DNA from: Candidatus Sulfomarinibacter kjeldsenii
GTDB taxonomy: Bacteria > Acidobacteriota > Thermoanaerobaculia > Thermoanaerobaculales > Sulfomarinibacteraceae
Reading direction: 5' to 3'
DNA: 53,542 nucleotides
Assembly (NCBI GenBank): GCA_014764485.1
Contig: JACXWA010000062.1
Coordinates: forward strand, 1 to 53,542
Program-made: the position numbers and the translations under genes
Notes under the pieces: model-generated
Database searches by the model: none
Told to the model about the DNA's origin: nothing
Seen by the model: the letters and a program-made list of their open reading frames with translations, nothing else
Part shown: piece by piece, positions 1-10,142 of the stretch
How the letters are laid out: every line of letters begins with the position of its first letter
Numbering within the stretch: the first letter of the stretch is position 1

Positions 1-1617
1 GGTCTTTCCGTCCGCCGTTTCGAGATTCGCACCCGCATCTTCGGAAAACCACGGCTCACCGCCGCGCTTCCACTCGAGGCCCGGGAGGCCAACCTTCTCA
101 CGGACACATTCGATGACACCTTTGAGGCGCAGGAATCGGGTCTCTGCGTCGCCGCTCTCGTCAAGAAGAACGATGCCAAGCCGCTCATGCTCGCGCGGGC
201 CGCCGTCATCGAGATCGAAGACGCGGCCCTGTTCGAAGAAGCCGAGCGTGCGCTCGCCCTGATTGAGGTTGGCCTGGGCCGCGCTCAACAGCCCCGGCAG
301 CAATGAGCGGCGCATCACGCCCAGGGTCGTGGCCAGGGGATTGTCCAGCGCCAGGGGCTCCCCCGGACACAGAGACTGCGAGCCAACCAGTTCGTCGGTC
401 TTCGGGTCGATGAAGCTCCACGTCATGACCTCGTTCAGCCCCACTGCGACCGCTGCATCGCGTGCCCGGTCAATGAGCTCCCAATTCGGATTCCGGTGAC
501 CCGGTGTTGTCGGTAACACCGGTAGTTGGGACGGCACTGCGTCATAGCCCACGTGCCGGATCACTTCCTCATAGAGATCCGGCAACCGATCGATGTCGAC
601 CCGATGCGGAGGCACGCTGACCCGGACCTGGTCGCCCTCCAACTCGGGGAATAATTCGAGGCCGTCTAGAATCTCCATCACCCTTGGCGCCGGAATTTCG
701 AGCCCGGCGAAGGCCGACAACGCGGCTACCGAGAATTCCATTTGCTTCGGTTCCCACCGTTGGGGATAGACATCGATGCGTCCGCGACACACCCGGCCAC
801 CGCCAAGCTCGGCGATCAGAGCCGCCGCCCGGTCGCAGGCTGTTGCCGCCATTTCGGGATCGGTGCCCCGCTCGAAGCGATGGGACGCCTCGGTGTGCAT
901 GCCGAGGCGACGGGCTGTCCGCCGCACCGACAGGGCATCGAAATGTGCGCTTTCCAACAGCACGTCTGTCGTGTTGTCGTTGATCTCCGAATCCGCGCCG
1001 CCCATGATTCCGGCCAAAGCAACAACGCCCTCACCATCGGCAATCACAAGCATTGAAGAGTCGAGCTGACGCTCCTCGCCGTCGAGGGTCGTGAGCTTCT
1101 CACCAGCATCCGCGGGCCGGACAACGATCTTCCGTCCGCGGACCAGATCGAGATCGAAGGCGTGGAGCGGTTGACCGAGTTCGAGGAGCACATAGTTCGT
1201 GGCATCGACCACCGCGTTGATAGGCCTCACCCCGCAGTTGAGCAGACGGCGTTGCATCCACCCCGGCGACGGCCCGACAGACACCCCGCGGATCACTCGC
1301 GCCACATACCGTGGGCAGAGGGCAGGATCGGCGATTTCGACCGTGGCCAACTTTGTGGCGTCTTCGGTACATTCGGAGAGCTCGAAGTCAAGTGGGTGGA
1401 GCTGACCACCGACCGCTACCGCGGCTTCGCGTGCAAGACCTCGGTGATTCATAGCGTCGGGGCGATTGGTGGTCACCTCGACATCCCATTTCTCGGCACC
1501 GTCACCCTTCTCGCGAAGTTCTACCAGACAGCCGCTATCGGTCAACCGTTTGGCCAGCGTGTCGAGATCGGGGGCACCGTCGAGATATTCCGTCAGCCAA
1601 TCAGAGTCGAAGATCAT
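1..1617 (-). CDS. pheT: Phenylalanine--tRNA ligase beta subunit (N-terminal ~539 codons; 3' end runs off the window)
   Basis: Absent from the ORF track because there is no stop in the window. Manual translation from ATG 1617 gives MIFDSDWLTEYLDGAPDLDTLAKRLTDSGCLVELREKGDGAEKWDVEVTTNRPDAMNHRGLAREAA, a typical PheT N-terminus. ATGA overlap with the pheS stop. No listed ORF occupies this frame, and spot-checked codons at 1-60 are open. Confidence 0.85.
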   Translation of the reverse strand, partial: MIFDSDWLTEYLDGAPDLDTLAKRLTDSGCLVELREKGDGAEKWDVEVTTNRPDAMNHRGLAREAAVAVGGQLHPLDFELSECTEDATKLATVEIADPALCPRYVARVIRGVSVGPSPGWMQRRLLNCGVRPINAVVDATNYVLLELGQPLHAFDLDLVRGRKIVVRPADAGEKLTTLDGEERQLDSSMLVIADGEGVVALAGIMGGADSEINDNTTDVLLESAHFDALSVRRTARRLGMHTEASHRFERGTDPEMAATACDRAAALIAELGGGRVCRGRIDVYPQRWEPKQMEFSVAALSAFAGLEIPAPRVMEILDGLELFPELEGDQVRVSVPPHRVDIDRLPDLYEEVIRHVGYDAVPSQLPVLPTTPGHRNPNWELIDRARDAAVAVGLNEVMTWSFIDPKTDELVGSQSLCPGEPLALDNPLATTLGVMRRSLLPGLLSAAQANLNQGERTLGFFEQGRVFDLDDGGPREHERLGIVLLDESGDAETRFLRLKGVIECVREKVGLPGLEWKRGGEPWFSEDAGANLETADGKT

Positions 1618-2684
1618 GCGAACTGCCTCGTCAATCGCTGGTCACCCGCAAAAAGCTGCCGCAGATCCGGAATGCCGTAAACCAACATCGCGATCCGGTC
1701 GAGTCCGAGCCCAAAGGCAAAGCCGGTGTATCGATCGGAGTCCACTCCAACCGCCTCGAAGACCCTCGGGTCGACCATGCCCGACCCGAGGATCTCGATC
1801 CACCCCGAGCCCGAGCACACGCCGCAGCCCTTCTGGTCGCAGAAGATGCAGGAGATATCGACCTCGGCCGACGGCTCGGTGAACGGGAAGTAGCCGGGAC
1901 GGAGCCTCACCTCGACGTTGTCGGAGAAGAGAGCGTGGAGAAAGGTCTCGAGTGTCGCTTTGAGGTGACCCACGGTGATGCCCTCGTCAACCAGCAGTCC
2001 TTCGAGCTGGTGAAACATCGGAGAGTGACGGAGGTCCGAGTCGCGCCGGTAGACGCGCCCGGGCACAACGATTCGGATCGGAGGTTTGCGGCTCTCCATC
2101 ACCCGCGCCTGCACCGGGGAGGTGTGAGTACGCAGGAGAAAGCCCTGGGGCAGATAAAAGGTGTCCTGGTCGTCACGGGCCGGGTGGTCGGGCGGAATAT
2201 TGAGCGCCTCGAAGTTGTGCCAGTCGTCCTCGACCTCCGGTCCTGCCTCGACGTCATAACCCATGCGAAGGAAGATCTCCTCGATGCGCCGCCTGACAAT
2301 GTGGACCGGGTGTTGGGCTCCTTGAGCAACGGGCGTTCCCGGAAGGGTTACATCGATACGACCCTGACCGCCAACCGTTACGGTTGGCGAGTGACCTTTG
2401 ACGGTGATCTTCCCAGCTGTAGCCTTGATGACCGTGCCAGCGTTTTTCTTCGCCTCGGCCAAGCTGCCCTCGATCTCCTTCTTGAGCTCGTTGAGGCCGC
2501 GGCCGTAATCCCGCTTCTCCTCATTTGGCAACTCGCGAAGATGAGCCGTCAGCTCGTTGAGCAGACCCGATTTCTTTCCGGCGTACCGAATGCGAACGGT
2601 CTCAACCGCCGCCGCATCGCTGCCGGCCTCTTCGAGGTCGGCAAGGAACGCGGTACGGACCTCGTCGAGTCGCGCCGTGCTCAC
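1614..2684 (-). CDS. pheS: Phenylalanine--tRNA ligase alpha subunit
   Basis: ORF 1614..2795. Class II core present (HSPMFHQLEGL, FTEPSAEVD, GFAFGLGLDRIAML). Start trimmed to GTG 2684 (VSTARLDEVRTAF) because the longer N-terminus is Arg/Ser-rich and overlaps rplT. Confidence 0.9.
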   Translation of the reverse strand: MSTARLDEVRTAFLADLEEAGSDAAAVETVRIRYAGKKSGLLNELTAHLRELPNEEKRDYGRGLNELKKEIEGSLAEAKKNAGTVIKATAGKITVKGHSPTVTVGGQGRIDVTLPGTPVAQGAQHPVHIVRRRIEEIFLRMGYDVEAGPEVEDDWHNFEALNIPPDHPARDDQDTFYLPQGFLLRTHTSPVQARVMESRKPPIRIVVPGRVYRRDSDLRHSPMFHQLEGLLVDEGITVGHLKATLETFLHALFSDNVEVRLRPGYFPFTEPSAEVDISCIFCDQKGCGVCSGSGWIEILGSGMVDPRVFEAVGVDSDRYTGFAFGLGLDRIAMLVYGIPDLRQLFAGDQRLTRQFA

Positions 2685-2691
2685 CGGGGCC

Positions 2692-3045
2692 TCAGCCCTC
2701 GGCCTGCTGCGAAAGCTCGACGATCTGGGTGAAGGCCTGCGGGTCACGCACCGCGAGGTCGGCGAGGACCTTGCGGTCGAGGTCGCAGCCGGCATTCTTC
2801 AACCCGGCGATGAGGGCCGAGTAGGTGGTGCCGTTCTGCCGCGCCGCCGCATTGATTCGAGTGATCCACAACGAGCGGAACTGCCGCTTACGTTGCTTTC
2901 GGTCGCGGTAGGCGTACTGCAGGGACTTGTCGACCTGGATCTTGGCGGTACGGTGCAGGCGGGACTTGCCGCCCCAGTAACCTTCCGCCAACTTGAGAAT
3001 CTTCTTGCGCCGGTCCTTACGATTGGATGATCTTTTGACGCGCAT
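2692..3045 (-). CDS. rplT: 50S ribosomal protein L20
   Basis: 117 aa. [28 protein letters not shown]... is the bL20 pattern. Classic rpmI-rplT-pheST order. Confidence 0.95.
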   Translation of the reverse strand: MRVKRSSNRKDRRKKILKLAEGYWGGKSRLHRTAKIQVDKSLQYAYRDRKQRKRQFRSLWITRINAAARQNGTTYSALIAGLKNAGCDLDRKVLADLAVRDPQAFTQIVELSQQAEG

Positions 3046-3054
3046 GCTGCCTCC

Positions 3055-3255
3055 CTATTTCTGCGCCGCGAGCATCTTCTCGAGCACCTTGGCGTCGCCG
3101 GGCGACACGATGGTGGACGAGCGCAGCTTGCGCTTCCTTTTGGTGGTTTTCTTGGTCAAGATGTGCGAGTGATACGCATGGTGCCGCTTGAACTTGCCGC
3201 TCGCGGTCCGTTTGATCCGCTTGGCAGCTCCACGGTGAGTCTTCAACTTCGGCAT
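3055..3255 (-). CDS. rpmI: 50S ribosomal protein L35
   Basis: 66 aa. [31 protein letters not shown] is the bL35 pattern. AAGGAG RBS upstream. Confidence 0.95.
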   Translation of the reverse strand: MPKLKTHRGAAKRIKRTASGKFKRHHAYHSHILTKKTTKRKRKLRSSTIVSPGDAKVLEKMLAAQK

Positions 3256-3280
3256 GACGGGCTCCTTTTCTTCAAAAACT

Positions 3281-5126
3281 TCAGAGTTTCAATGATCGTG
3301 TTTCGACGGCGTTGACGATGCGGTCCACAACCTCGTCCAGGGGAAGTACCCCCTCGTCCCTTCGGTGCCGCAGACGAAGGGAAACGGTTCCGTCATCGGC
3401 CTCGCGCTGCCCCACCACCAGGAGGTAGGGCACTTTTGTTGTCTCTCCGTCGCGAATCTTATAGCCGAGCTTTTCCGAACGCCGATCGACATCGGCCCGC
3501 AGGCCGCGCTTCGTGAGCTCGGCGGCCACCTTCTCGGCATAGTCGTTGACGGCATCCGTGATCGGCAGCACCCGCGCCTGCTCGGGAGCGATCCACGGCG
3601 GCAAGTCGCCGCCGAAGTGCTCGAGCATGACGCCGTAGAAGCGCTCCAGCGAACCGAGGATCGCTCGGTGAATCATCACCGGCCGTTTTTCTGAGCCATC
3701 CGAGTCGACATATGTCAGCTCGAAACGCTCGGGCATCTGGAAGTCGAGCTGGATGGTCGCGAGCTGCCAGGCGCGGCCGAGAGCGTCGTGGACGTCAAAG
3801 TCGATTTTCGGTCCGTAGAACGCACCGTCACCCGGCTTGATCGTGAATTCGAGGTCCTCGCGGCTCTCCAGGCATCGTTGGAGCACCTCTTCGGCGTGCC
3901 TCCACACCTCCGGGTCGCCCATCGCGTTCTCCGGCCGGGTCGAAAGGTAGAACTTGATGTCCTCAAACCCGAAGAGCCGGTAGATCTCGAAGATGAAATC
4001 GAAAAGGGCGGTGATCTCGGTTTCGATCTGCTCCGGGGTGCAGAAGATGTGGGCGTCGTCCTGGGAGAAGGTCCGTACACGGGTCAGACCGGTCACGACT
4101 CCCGAGCGCTCGTAGCGGTGGAGGCGCCCGAAATCGGCGATTCGCCGCGGAAGATCTCGATAGGAGTGGGCTTTGCCGCCAAAGAGCAGGCAGTGCGACG
4201 GGCAGTTCATCGGTTTGACGCTCATCGAGCGTTCCTCGACCTCGTCAAACTCGTCGGCAAAGAACATGTCATCGCGGTAGTTTTCGTAGTGGCCCGACCT
4301 CTTCCACAACTCGACGTCGAAGATCTGTGGTGTGATGACCTCTTCGTAGCCATACTCCGCGTACTTTTCTCGCATGAGATCGATCAGGATCGCGACGCTT
4401 GAGCTCTTCGAGGCGGGCGAAATAGGCGTTGAGCTCCTTCTTCGAAGCGAAGGCCGTGCCGTAGATGCGTTGCAGCATCTCGTTGCGTTCGTCACCCCTG
4501 AAATACGCGCCGGACGCTTCGAGCAAACGCACCGCTCCGATCTGCGAGGTGCGCTGCACGTGGGGTCCCCGGCAGAGGTCGAGGAACGGGCCGTGCGAGT
4601 ACAGGGTGATGACCTCGCCTTCCGGAATGTCATCGAGGCGGACCAGTTTGATGTCCTCGCCCCGTTCAGTCATGACCTCGCGAACCTCGGCGCGATCTGC
4701 TTCCTGTCGATCGAACTCGAGGTCCTCGGTAATGATCCGCGCCATCTCGGCTTCGATCTTCTCGAAATCTTCGGGTTTGAAGGCGCGGGGGAAGCGAAAG
4801 TCGTACTGATACTTCTCGGAGTGGTCCTGCCGGCCTGCGTCGATCGGGGTGCCCGGCCACAGGCGTTTCACCGCGTCAGCCAACACGTGCTCGGCCGAGT
4901 GACGGATAACATCGCCCGCCTCCGGGTCCTTTGCCGTGACGATGCGAAGATCGGCATCGGCGGTCAGCGCGGTCCGAAGATCCACGAGATCCCCGTTGAC
5001 CATCCCCGCCACCGTGTCCCGGGCAAGCCTCGGGCCGATGGCCTCAGCCACCTCGAGGACGGTCGTGCCAGCGGGAAATTCCCGCGCACTGCCGTCCGGC
5101 AAGCTCACCCGAACTGTTTCGCTCAT
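3281..5126 (-). pseudogene. thrS: Threonine--tRNA ligase, split by an internal deletion plus frameshift near 4385-4395
   Basis: ORF 4269..5174 holds the TGS and editing domains up to ...KKELNAYFARLEELKRRD (start ATG 5126, MSETVRVSLPDG, AGGAG RBS). ORF 3281..4633, offset by one frame, holds ILIDLMREKYAEYGYEEVITPQIF... through the anticodon-binding domain. The conserved HRKLG...LDLF...W.P.G block between them is missing. Confidence 0.8.
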
Positions 5127-5172
5127 CTCAAACTCCTGTCGGGAGCCCTTCCGGCGGCCTCCGTTTGGCTCC

Positions 5173-5203
5173 AAAAATACAAATACCCGACCGCGGGGTC
5201 GGG
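5173..5203 (-). terminator. Rho-independent terminator after the tRNA-Val pair
   Basis: Minus strand reads CCCGACC-CCGC-GGTCGGG followed by TATTTGTATTTTT, 13 nt after the 3' CCA of tRNA-Val(CAC). Confidence 0.6.
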
Positions 5204-5215
5204 CATCGAACGATG

Positions 5216-5292
5216 TGGTAGGCGCGCGCGGACTCGAACCGCGGACTTCATCCGTGTGAGGGATGCGCTCTAACCAACTGAGCTACGCGCCT
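5216..5292 (-). tRNA. tRNA-Val (anticodon CAC), CCA encoded
   Basis: Minus strand reads AGGCGCGTAGCTCAGTTGGTTAGAGCGCATCCCTCACACGGATGAAGTCCGCGGTTCGAGTCCGCGCGCGCCTACCA. Cloverleaf folds by hand: 7-bp acceptor stem, anticodon loop CTCACAC, T-loop TTCGAGT. Confidence 0.9.
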
Positions 5293-5308
5293 TCACGGAT
5301 CCACAAAA

Positions 5309-5385
<77 letters not shown>

Positions 5386-5523
5386 ATCTTCCCAAGATGT
5401 GTACTCCCGGCGCACTGCCGGCAACACACTTGGGGACTACGGACGGGTGGTCCCGCGGACGCTTTCGACCCGTCTTCGTCTGTTTGACTGACAAAGAGCA
5501 ACCCCTCAAAAAAGGGGGCTGGG

Positions 5524-5552
5524 AGCATAGCAACGGGTATGCAAACTGTCAA
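5524..5552 (-). promoter_or_regulatory. Candidate sigma-70 promoter for the tRNA-Val operon
   Basis: Minus strand has TTGACA (5552..5547), a 17-nt spacer, then TATGCT (5529..5524), about 125 nt upstream of the first tRNA. Confidence 0.45.
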
Positions 5553-5639
5553 CACGACGGTGTGTTAGCCTGCACACCTCGCCAGTTTTCGCCGCGAGGC
5601 CGGAAGGCTGATGAGAAATTCGGGCTGAGGTTATTTGAG

Positions 5640-5909
5640 ATGGAACACCAATGGATCGTCGTCCACACAGCGCAAGGCGAGCCCGAAGAGACCCAGGTAC
5701 GCTCGTTTCTGAACGCTCACGGCATTTCGACCTCGGCCCGCGGCGAAGCGCTGCGCAAGACCCATGGCCTTACTCTCGATGGGCTCGGTCAGGTTGAGAT
5801 CCTGGTGGCGCCAGAGAATGCCGCCGACGCGCGAGCGCTGCTTGCTGCGGCGGAACAGGGTGACCTCAGGATTTCTGATGACGAAGGTCGGTTACCGGAC
5901 CCGAGCTGA
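5640..5909 (+). CDS. Small DUF2007-like (putative signal-transducing) protein
   Basis: Part of ORF 5397..5909. Internal ATG 5640 (MEHQWIVVHTAQGEPEE...) is preceded by GAGG. The upstream part lies over the tRNA promoter region and looks non-coding. Family call rests on overall resemblance only. Confidence 0.45.
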   Translation: MEHQWIVVHTAQGEPEETQVRSFLNAHGISTSARGEALRKTHGLTLDGLGQVEILVAPENAADARALLAAAEQGDLRISDDEGRLPDPS

Positions 5910-6005
5910 CCTCATGTCTCGCCATTTTTCGTCGTAGGGCCTCCGAGCCGTTCTCCACTATTGCCTCTGCCCTACGCCTGAAATTCGACAAACGTCTGCG
6001 ACGAA

Positions 6006-7778
6006 TCAGTCCTCGACCCGCTCTTTGAGCCCGAGTTCTACAAGCTGCCGCGAATCTACCGGTGAGGGGGCTTTTGTCATCAAACATGTCACCGAGGTCG
6101 TCTTGGGGAATGCGATGACATCACGAATTGAATCCCGGCCGGCCATGAGCATCACCAGGCGGTCGAGTCCGAGGGCGATTCCACCGTGCGGCGGCACACC
6201 ATAACGAAACGCCTCGAGGAGAAAGCCGAAGCGCGACTGTGCCTCTGCCTCGTCAATGCCGAGGGCCGCAAACACCTTGGTTTGGAGCTCGGGATCATGG
6301 ATTCTGATCGACCCGCCGCCAAGTTCGACGCCGTCCATGACCACATCGTAGGCGCGCGCATACGCCGCCCCGGGGTCGGAGTCGAGCAGCGTTTCGTCTT
6401 CAGTCCGCGGCGAGGTGAATGGGTGATGCATGGCGAAGAAACGCTGGTCGTCCTCGCTCCATTCGAGGAGCGGGAAATCGGTCACCCACAGAAAATCGTG
6501 ACGCCCCTCTGGGATGAGCCCGTACTCACGACCAAGGTGGAGTCTGAGTGCACCGAGGGCTCCCAAGACCACGGTCTCCACGCCACCGACTGCGAGCAGG
6601 AGATCTTCTTCCCCGGCCCCGGCACCGTCAAGGAAGCCGCGCACGCCGTCATCGCCGAGCGCCTTTTTGGCGGGCGAGGCGACTCCGTCCGGGGTCCGTT
6701 TGAACCACAGCACGCCGGCAGCACCATGCGGACGGACAATCTCGGACAGACCATCGAGCTGCTTGCGGGAGAGAGCCGCACCGCCGGGCAGCACCAGGCC
6801 CTTGACCCTGCCCTCGGCCGCCGCCTGCTCGAGAATCTTGAAACCGCATCCTTCGGCGAGGCCGCCGAGTTCGACCAGCTCGAGACCGAAGCGTGTATCG
6901 GGGCGGTCGCTCCCGAACCGTTCCATGGCCTCGCGGTAGGAGAGGCGCGGAAACGGTGCCTGAGGATCGATTCCCACCAGGGGGAAAATCCGGGCGCAAA
7001 GCCCCTCGATGAGGGTGAAAATGTCTTCCTCACAAACAAACGATGCCTCGACGTCAACCTGGGTGAACTCGGGTTGGCGGTCCGCGCGCAGATCCTCGTC
7101 GCGGAAACAGCGAGAGATCTGCATATAGCGCCCGCAGCCTGCAACCTGCAGGAGCTGTTTGAAGAGCTGTGGTGACTGCGGCAGGGCGTAGAAGGAGCCC
7201 TTGTGGATCCGTGACGGTACCAGGAAGTCGCGAGCGCCTTCTGGCGTCGACCGGGTCAGAATGGGGGTCTCGATATCAATGAAACCCATTTCGTCGAAAT
7301 AGCGTCGGATTTCGGCAACCACCTGGTGGCGCAAGACCAGGTTGGAAGTCATCTCCGGCCGTCTCAGGTCGAGGTAGCGATGAGTCAACCGAAGTTCTTC
7401 GGAGACATTGACCCTGTCCTCGATCACAAAGGGAGGGGTTTCGGCCGAGTTCAAGACTTCGAGCTCCTCGACCTTGATCTCGATCTCGCCGCTCGCCAAC
7501 TCGAGGTTGGCCTGACCCTCTGCCCGATCGCGGACTGTACCGTTCACACGGACGACGTCCTCGGCCGACAGCTGCTCACCCTCGGCCACCATGGCGTCTT
7601 CGAAGACCAGCTGCAAGAAACCACTGCGATCTCGAAGATCGACAAAGACCAGACCGCCCAGATCCCGGCGTCGCCGCACCCATCCCACCACCTCCACCCG
7701 TTGGCCAAGGTTGTCGCGGCCAAGGCTCGCGCACCAGGGCCTCTCCCACGCGCTTGTCGTCATTGGTCTCTCCGTCAC
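6006..7778 (-). CDS. aspS: Aspartate--tRNA ligase
   Basis: 590 aa. OB-fold N-terminus ([24 protein letters not shown]), [17 protein letters not shown]-terminal [13 protein letters not shown]. Confidence 0.95.
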   Translation of the reverse strand: MTERPMTTSAWERPWCASLGRDNLGQRVEVVGWVRRRRDLGGLVFVDLRDRSGFLQLVFEDAMVAEGEQLSAEDVVRVNGTVRDRAEGQANLELASGEIEIKVEELEVLNSAETPPFVIEDRVNVSEELRLTHRYLDLRRPEMTSNLVLRHQVVAEIRRYFDEMGFIDIETPILTRSTPEGARDFLVPSRIHKGSFYALPQSPQLFKQLLQVAGCGRYMQISRCFRDEDLRADRQPEFTQVDVEASFVCEEDIFTLIEGLCARIFPLVGIDPQAPFPRLSYREAMERFGSDRPDTRFGLELVELGGLAEGCGFKILEQAAAEGRVKGLVLPGGAALSRKQLDGLSEIVRPHGAAGVLWFKRTPDGVASPAKKALGDDGVRGFLDGAGAGEEDLLLAVGGVETVVLGALGALRLHLGREYGLIPEGRHDFLWVTDFPLLEWSEDDQRFFAMHHPFTSPRTEDETLLDSDPGAAYARAYDVVMDGVELGGGSIRIHDPELQTKVFAALGIDEAEAQSRFGFLLEAFRYGVPPHGGIALGLDRLVMLMAGRDSIRDVIAFPKTTSVTCLMTKAPSPVDSRQLVELGLKERVED

Positions 7779-7792
7779 CGTATTTTCTATTC

Positions 7793-7812
7793 GATCCCGA
7801 TCCCGATCCCGA
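7793..7812. repeat. (GATCCC)x3 hexamer microsatellite in the hisS-aspS spacer
   Basis: gatcccgatcccgatcccga read directly, between the hisS stop (7825) and the aspS start (7778). Confidence 0.9.
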
Positions 7813-7824
7813 CAATGTCGTCCA

Positions 7825-9096
7825 TCAGGTCTCCGATTCTGAAGCTATCAGCCCGGCCACGAATCCGGGCACTTTTTCCAGCACCACCGTCTCTTGCTCG
7901 CCTTTTTCGAGATCACGAACAATAGCCGTGCCTTCAGCGATTTCATTCTCACCGAGAATCACTGCCGCTTGGGCTCCGATCTTCCCTGCCCACTTGAAAC
8001 CCGCCTTGAGCGACCTGCCCGTGACTTCGGTCTGAGCAGATATGCCCCGCTGAACGAGCCTGCGAGCTATTGCCAGTGCCGCCGCGTTCCCCTCTTCGCC
8101 GATCGGCAGTACTGCAACTGTTGGTCGATCGAGGACTCGACGACGGAACTGCTCCGGCAGCACCTCGATCAATCGATCCTCACCGATCGCGAACCCGGTT
8201 GCGGGCACCTGCGAACCGCCAAGGTCGGAGATCAGCCGGTCGTAACGACCACCACCGCAGATCACTGTGTCCTCTCCAAGCTGCGGTGACACGACCTCGA
8301 AGACGGTCCGCAAATAATAGTCGATTCCACGCACCAGTCTTGGTGAGCGACGCACCGGGATCTCGAGTGATGCGAGGCCACTCTCAACCGCCTCGACATG
8401 GGAACGCGCCTCCTTGCTCACGACCTCGGCAACCGGTTTGGTATCGGCTACCAGCTCGCGGCACCGGGCCACTTTGCAGTCGAGAATGCGCAATGGGTTG
8501 GCGTCCCATCGACGCTGACAGTCCGCGCAAAGCTCTGCCCGATTCGGTTCAAGCTCGGCCTTGAAGCCCTCGATGAATCGGGGGCGATCCTCCGGATCAC
8601 CAAGATTGTTGAGGACAATGATCAAGTCGTCGAAACCGAGTTCCGCCAGAAAGCTATGGAGTGCCAGCAGGACCTCGACATCCGCCTGTGGGGTGGCGGC
8701 ACCGATGAGCTCAATACCGATCTGCGCGAACTGCCGGAAGCGACCACGCTGCATCTTCTCGTAGCGGAACATCGGGCCGAGATAGCTCAGCCTCAGTGGC
8801 ATCGGCCGCTGGCCGAGGCCATTTTCGATGTAAGCACGCGCGACACCGGCCGTCCCCTCGGGACGGAGGGTCAGCGATCGGCCTTTGCGATCGGCGAAAG
8901 TGTACATCTCCTTGCTGACAATATCCGTGCCCTCGCCAACCGAACGTACGAAGAGCTCGGTCGGCTCCAGCAACGGCAGGCGGATTTCTTCGTAGCCAAA
9001 TCCGCCAAAGATACGATTTGCGACCGCTTCGACCTCGACCCACAGCCTGGACTCAGGCGGTAAAATGTCGCGGGTCCCCTTCACTTTGCGAATCAT
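7825..9096 (-). CDS. hisS: Histidine--tRNA ligase
   Basis: 423 aa. [15 protein letters not shown]..., [27 protein letters not shown]. Confidence 0.95.
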   Translation of the reverse strand: MIRKVKGTRDILPPESRLWVEVEAVANRIFGGFGYEEIRLPLLEPTELFVRSVGEGTDIVSKEMYTFADRKGRSLTLRPEGTAGVARAYIENGLGQRPMPLRLSYLGPMFRYEKMQRGRFRQFAQIGIELIGAATPQADVEVLLALHSFLAELGFDDLIIVLNNLGDPEDRPRFIEGFKAELEPNRAELCADCQRRWDANPLRILDCKVARCRELVADTKPVAEVVSKEARSHVEAVESGLASLEIPVRRSPRLVRGIDYYLRTVFEVVSPQLGEDTVICGGGRYDRLISDLGGSQVPATGFAIGEDRLIEVLPEQFRRRVLDRPTVAVLPIGEEGNAAALAIARRLVQRGISAQTEVTGRSLKAGFKWAGKIGAQAAVILGENEIAEGTAIVRDLEKGEQETVVLEKVPGFVAGLIASESET

Positions 9097-9459
9097 CGAT
9101 CACTCCCCAGGGTCGAAAACGGCGTCGTTGAGGCGCTCGCCGAGCCGATCCGCTGCCAGTCGTTGACGCCGCCCGTGAGCAACCCGGCTCCCCGCATTCG
9201 TGAGCTGAACTCGCGCCCTCGTGGACGGAGATCGCACGCTACCATACGCCCTCCTAGGGCAGCAACTTCCAAGTCGAAATTACGTCCCGCAAGCGCCTCC
9301 AAATCAGGGGGTTGTGGATCTATCAAAAATGCACCCCTATGCCAACGGCTTCAAAATGAACGACATCCAAGGAAATTACTGAATAATAAACACTTAACCA
9401 GAGACGCCCCAAACGGTGCCGACAACGGGAAGTATTTGCGTTTACATTGCCTTAACTTG

Positions 9460-9502
9460 TTTTCCACAGTGTTTTCCACAGGCTTCTCCACATTCGTCCA
9501 CG
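9460..9502 (+). promoter_or_regulatory. Phased array of DnaA-box-like 9-mers
   Basis: TTTTCCACA (9460-9468), TTTTCCACA (9472-9480) and TTCTCCACA (9484-9492), head-to-tail with a 12-nt period, then a degenerate TTCGTCCAC (9493-9501). The first two fit the relaxed DnaA box TTWTNCACA. An inverted AGATCCACA lies at 9313-9321. Confidence 0.4.
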
Positions 9503-9527
9503 AAGACGGGTTCCCGCCCCAATTCCG

Positions 9528-10142
9528 CTAGCAACCGTCCGGATAGGGCTCCTCCCAGGCACACGCCCCGGGACGTAAAATTTTGGGCTCCCCTCGACTG
9601 AGATCGACCAGAGTACTCACTGTGCCGCCCGCCGTGGCACCAGCATCAAGCACAAGGTCAGGAGGTTCAGCCAATGATGCCAGCGCTCCATCCACGGTCG
9701 TGAAAGGCGGATCGCCGTGACGATTGGCCGAGGTCGCGGTCAGTGGCCCAAACCGATAGAGCAGCGCACGCACTTCGGCATGCCCGGGGATGCGCACCGC
9801 GAGGGTGCCGCTCCGAGCCGCCGGCACTTCACCCACAGTTGGCAGAACGACTGTCAGCGCCGCCGGCCACAGGCGCGCCAGTCTGACCCTGAAGGTTTCG
9901 GGAACCACCACCAGGGTCTCCAACTGCTTCCAGTCTGCGCAGAGCACCGGCAGCCCGAGCTCCGCAGGCCGCTCTTTCATCGAAAATATGCGCGCCACCC
10001 CCGTTTCACTCGTTGGGTCAGCTCCGAGGCCGTAGAAGCTTTCGGTGGGCAAGAGAAGCACACCGCCTTGAACGATCAACGCACTCCCAGCTTGAACGGC
10101 CTCTGCCACATCACCGGGTTCGACAAACGGAAGGCGAATCAC
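9528..10142 (-). CDS. tsaC: L-threonylcarbamoyladenylate synthase (YrdC/Sua5 family)
   Basis: 204 aa. LLLPTESFYGLGADP and LTATSANRHG motifs of the YrdC fold. 4-nt overlap with the recN stop. Confidence 0.8.
   Translation of the reverse strand: MIRLPFVEPGDVAEAVQAGSALIVQGGVLLLPTESFYGLGADPTSETGVARIFSMKERPAELGLPVLCADWKQLETLVVVPETFRVRLARLWPAALTVVLPTVGEVPAARSGTLAVRIPGHAEVRALLYRFGPLTATSANRHGDPPFTTVDGALASLAEPPDLVLDAGATAGGTVSTLVDLSRGEPKILRPGACAWEEPYPDGC

Noticed and set aside
5397-5639. N-terminal 81 codons of ORF 5397..5909
   Set aside because: It overlaps the candidate tRNA-Val promoter region, has atypical composition, and the DUF2007-like similarity starts only at ATG 5640.
9097-9300. Possible T-box riboswitch upstream of hisS (minus-strand UGGUAGCGUG resembles the T-box core GGUGGUACCGCG)
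   Set aside because: The match is partial. The UGGU would pair with an ACCA tRNA end, whereas bacterial tRNA-His normally ends CCCA. No specifier-loop or Stem I motifs were found. The only U-tract (GUUUUCG, about 9113-9119) lies about 140 nt away rather than directly after the putative antiterminator. An Rfam T-box (RF00230) scan would settle it.
9093-9326. 77-codon minus-strand ORF ending in an ATGA overlap with the hisS start (possible upstream or leader gene)
   Set aside because: It has a TTG start. The first half has third-position GC near 50 percent, versus clearly higher in real genes here. The sequence is Arg/Gly/Ser-rich with no family resemblance. The overlap with hisS is noted but is insufficient evidence. 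It is treated as a non-coding leader.
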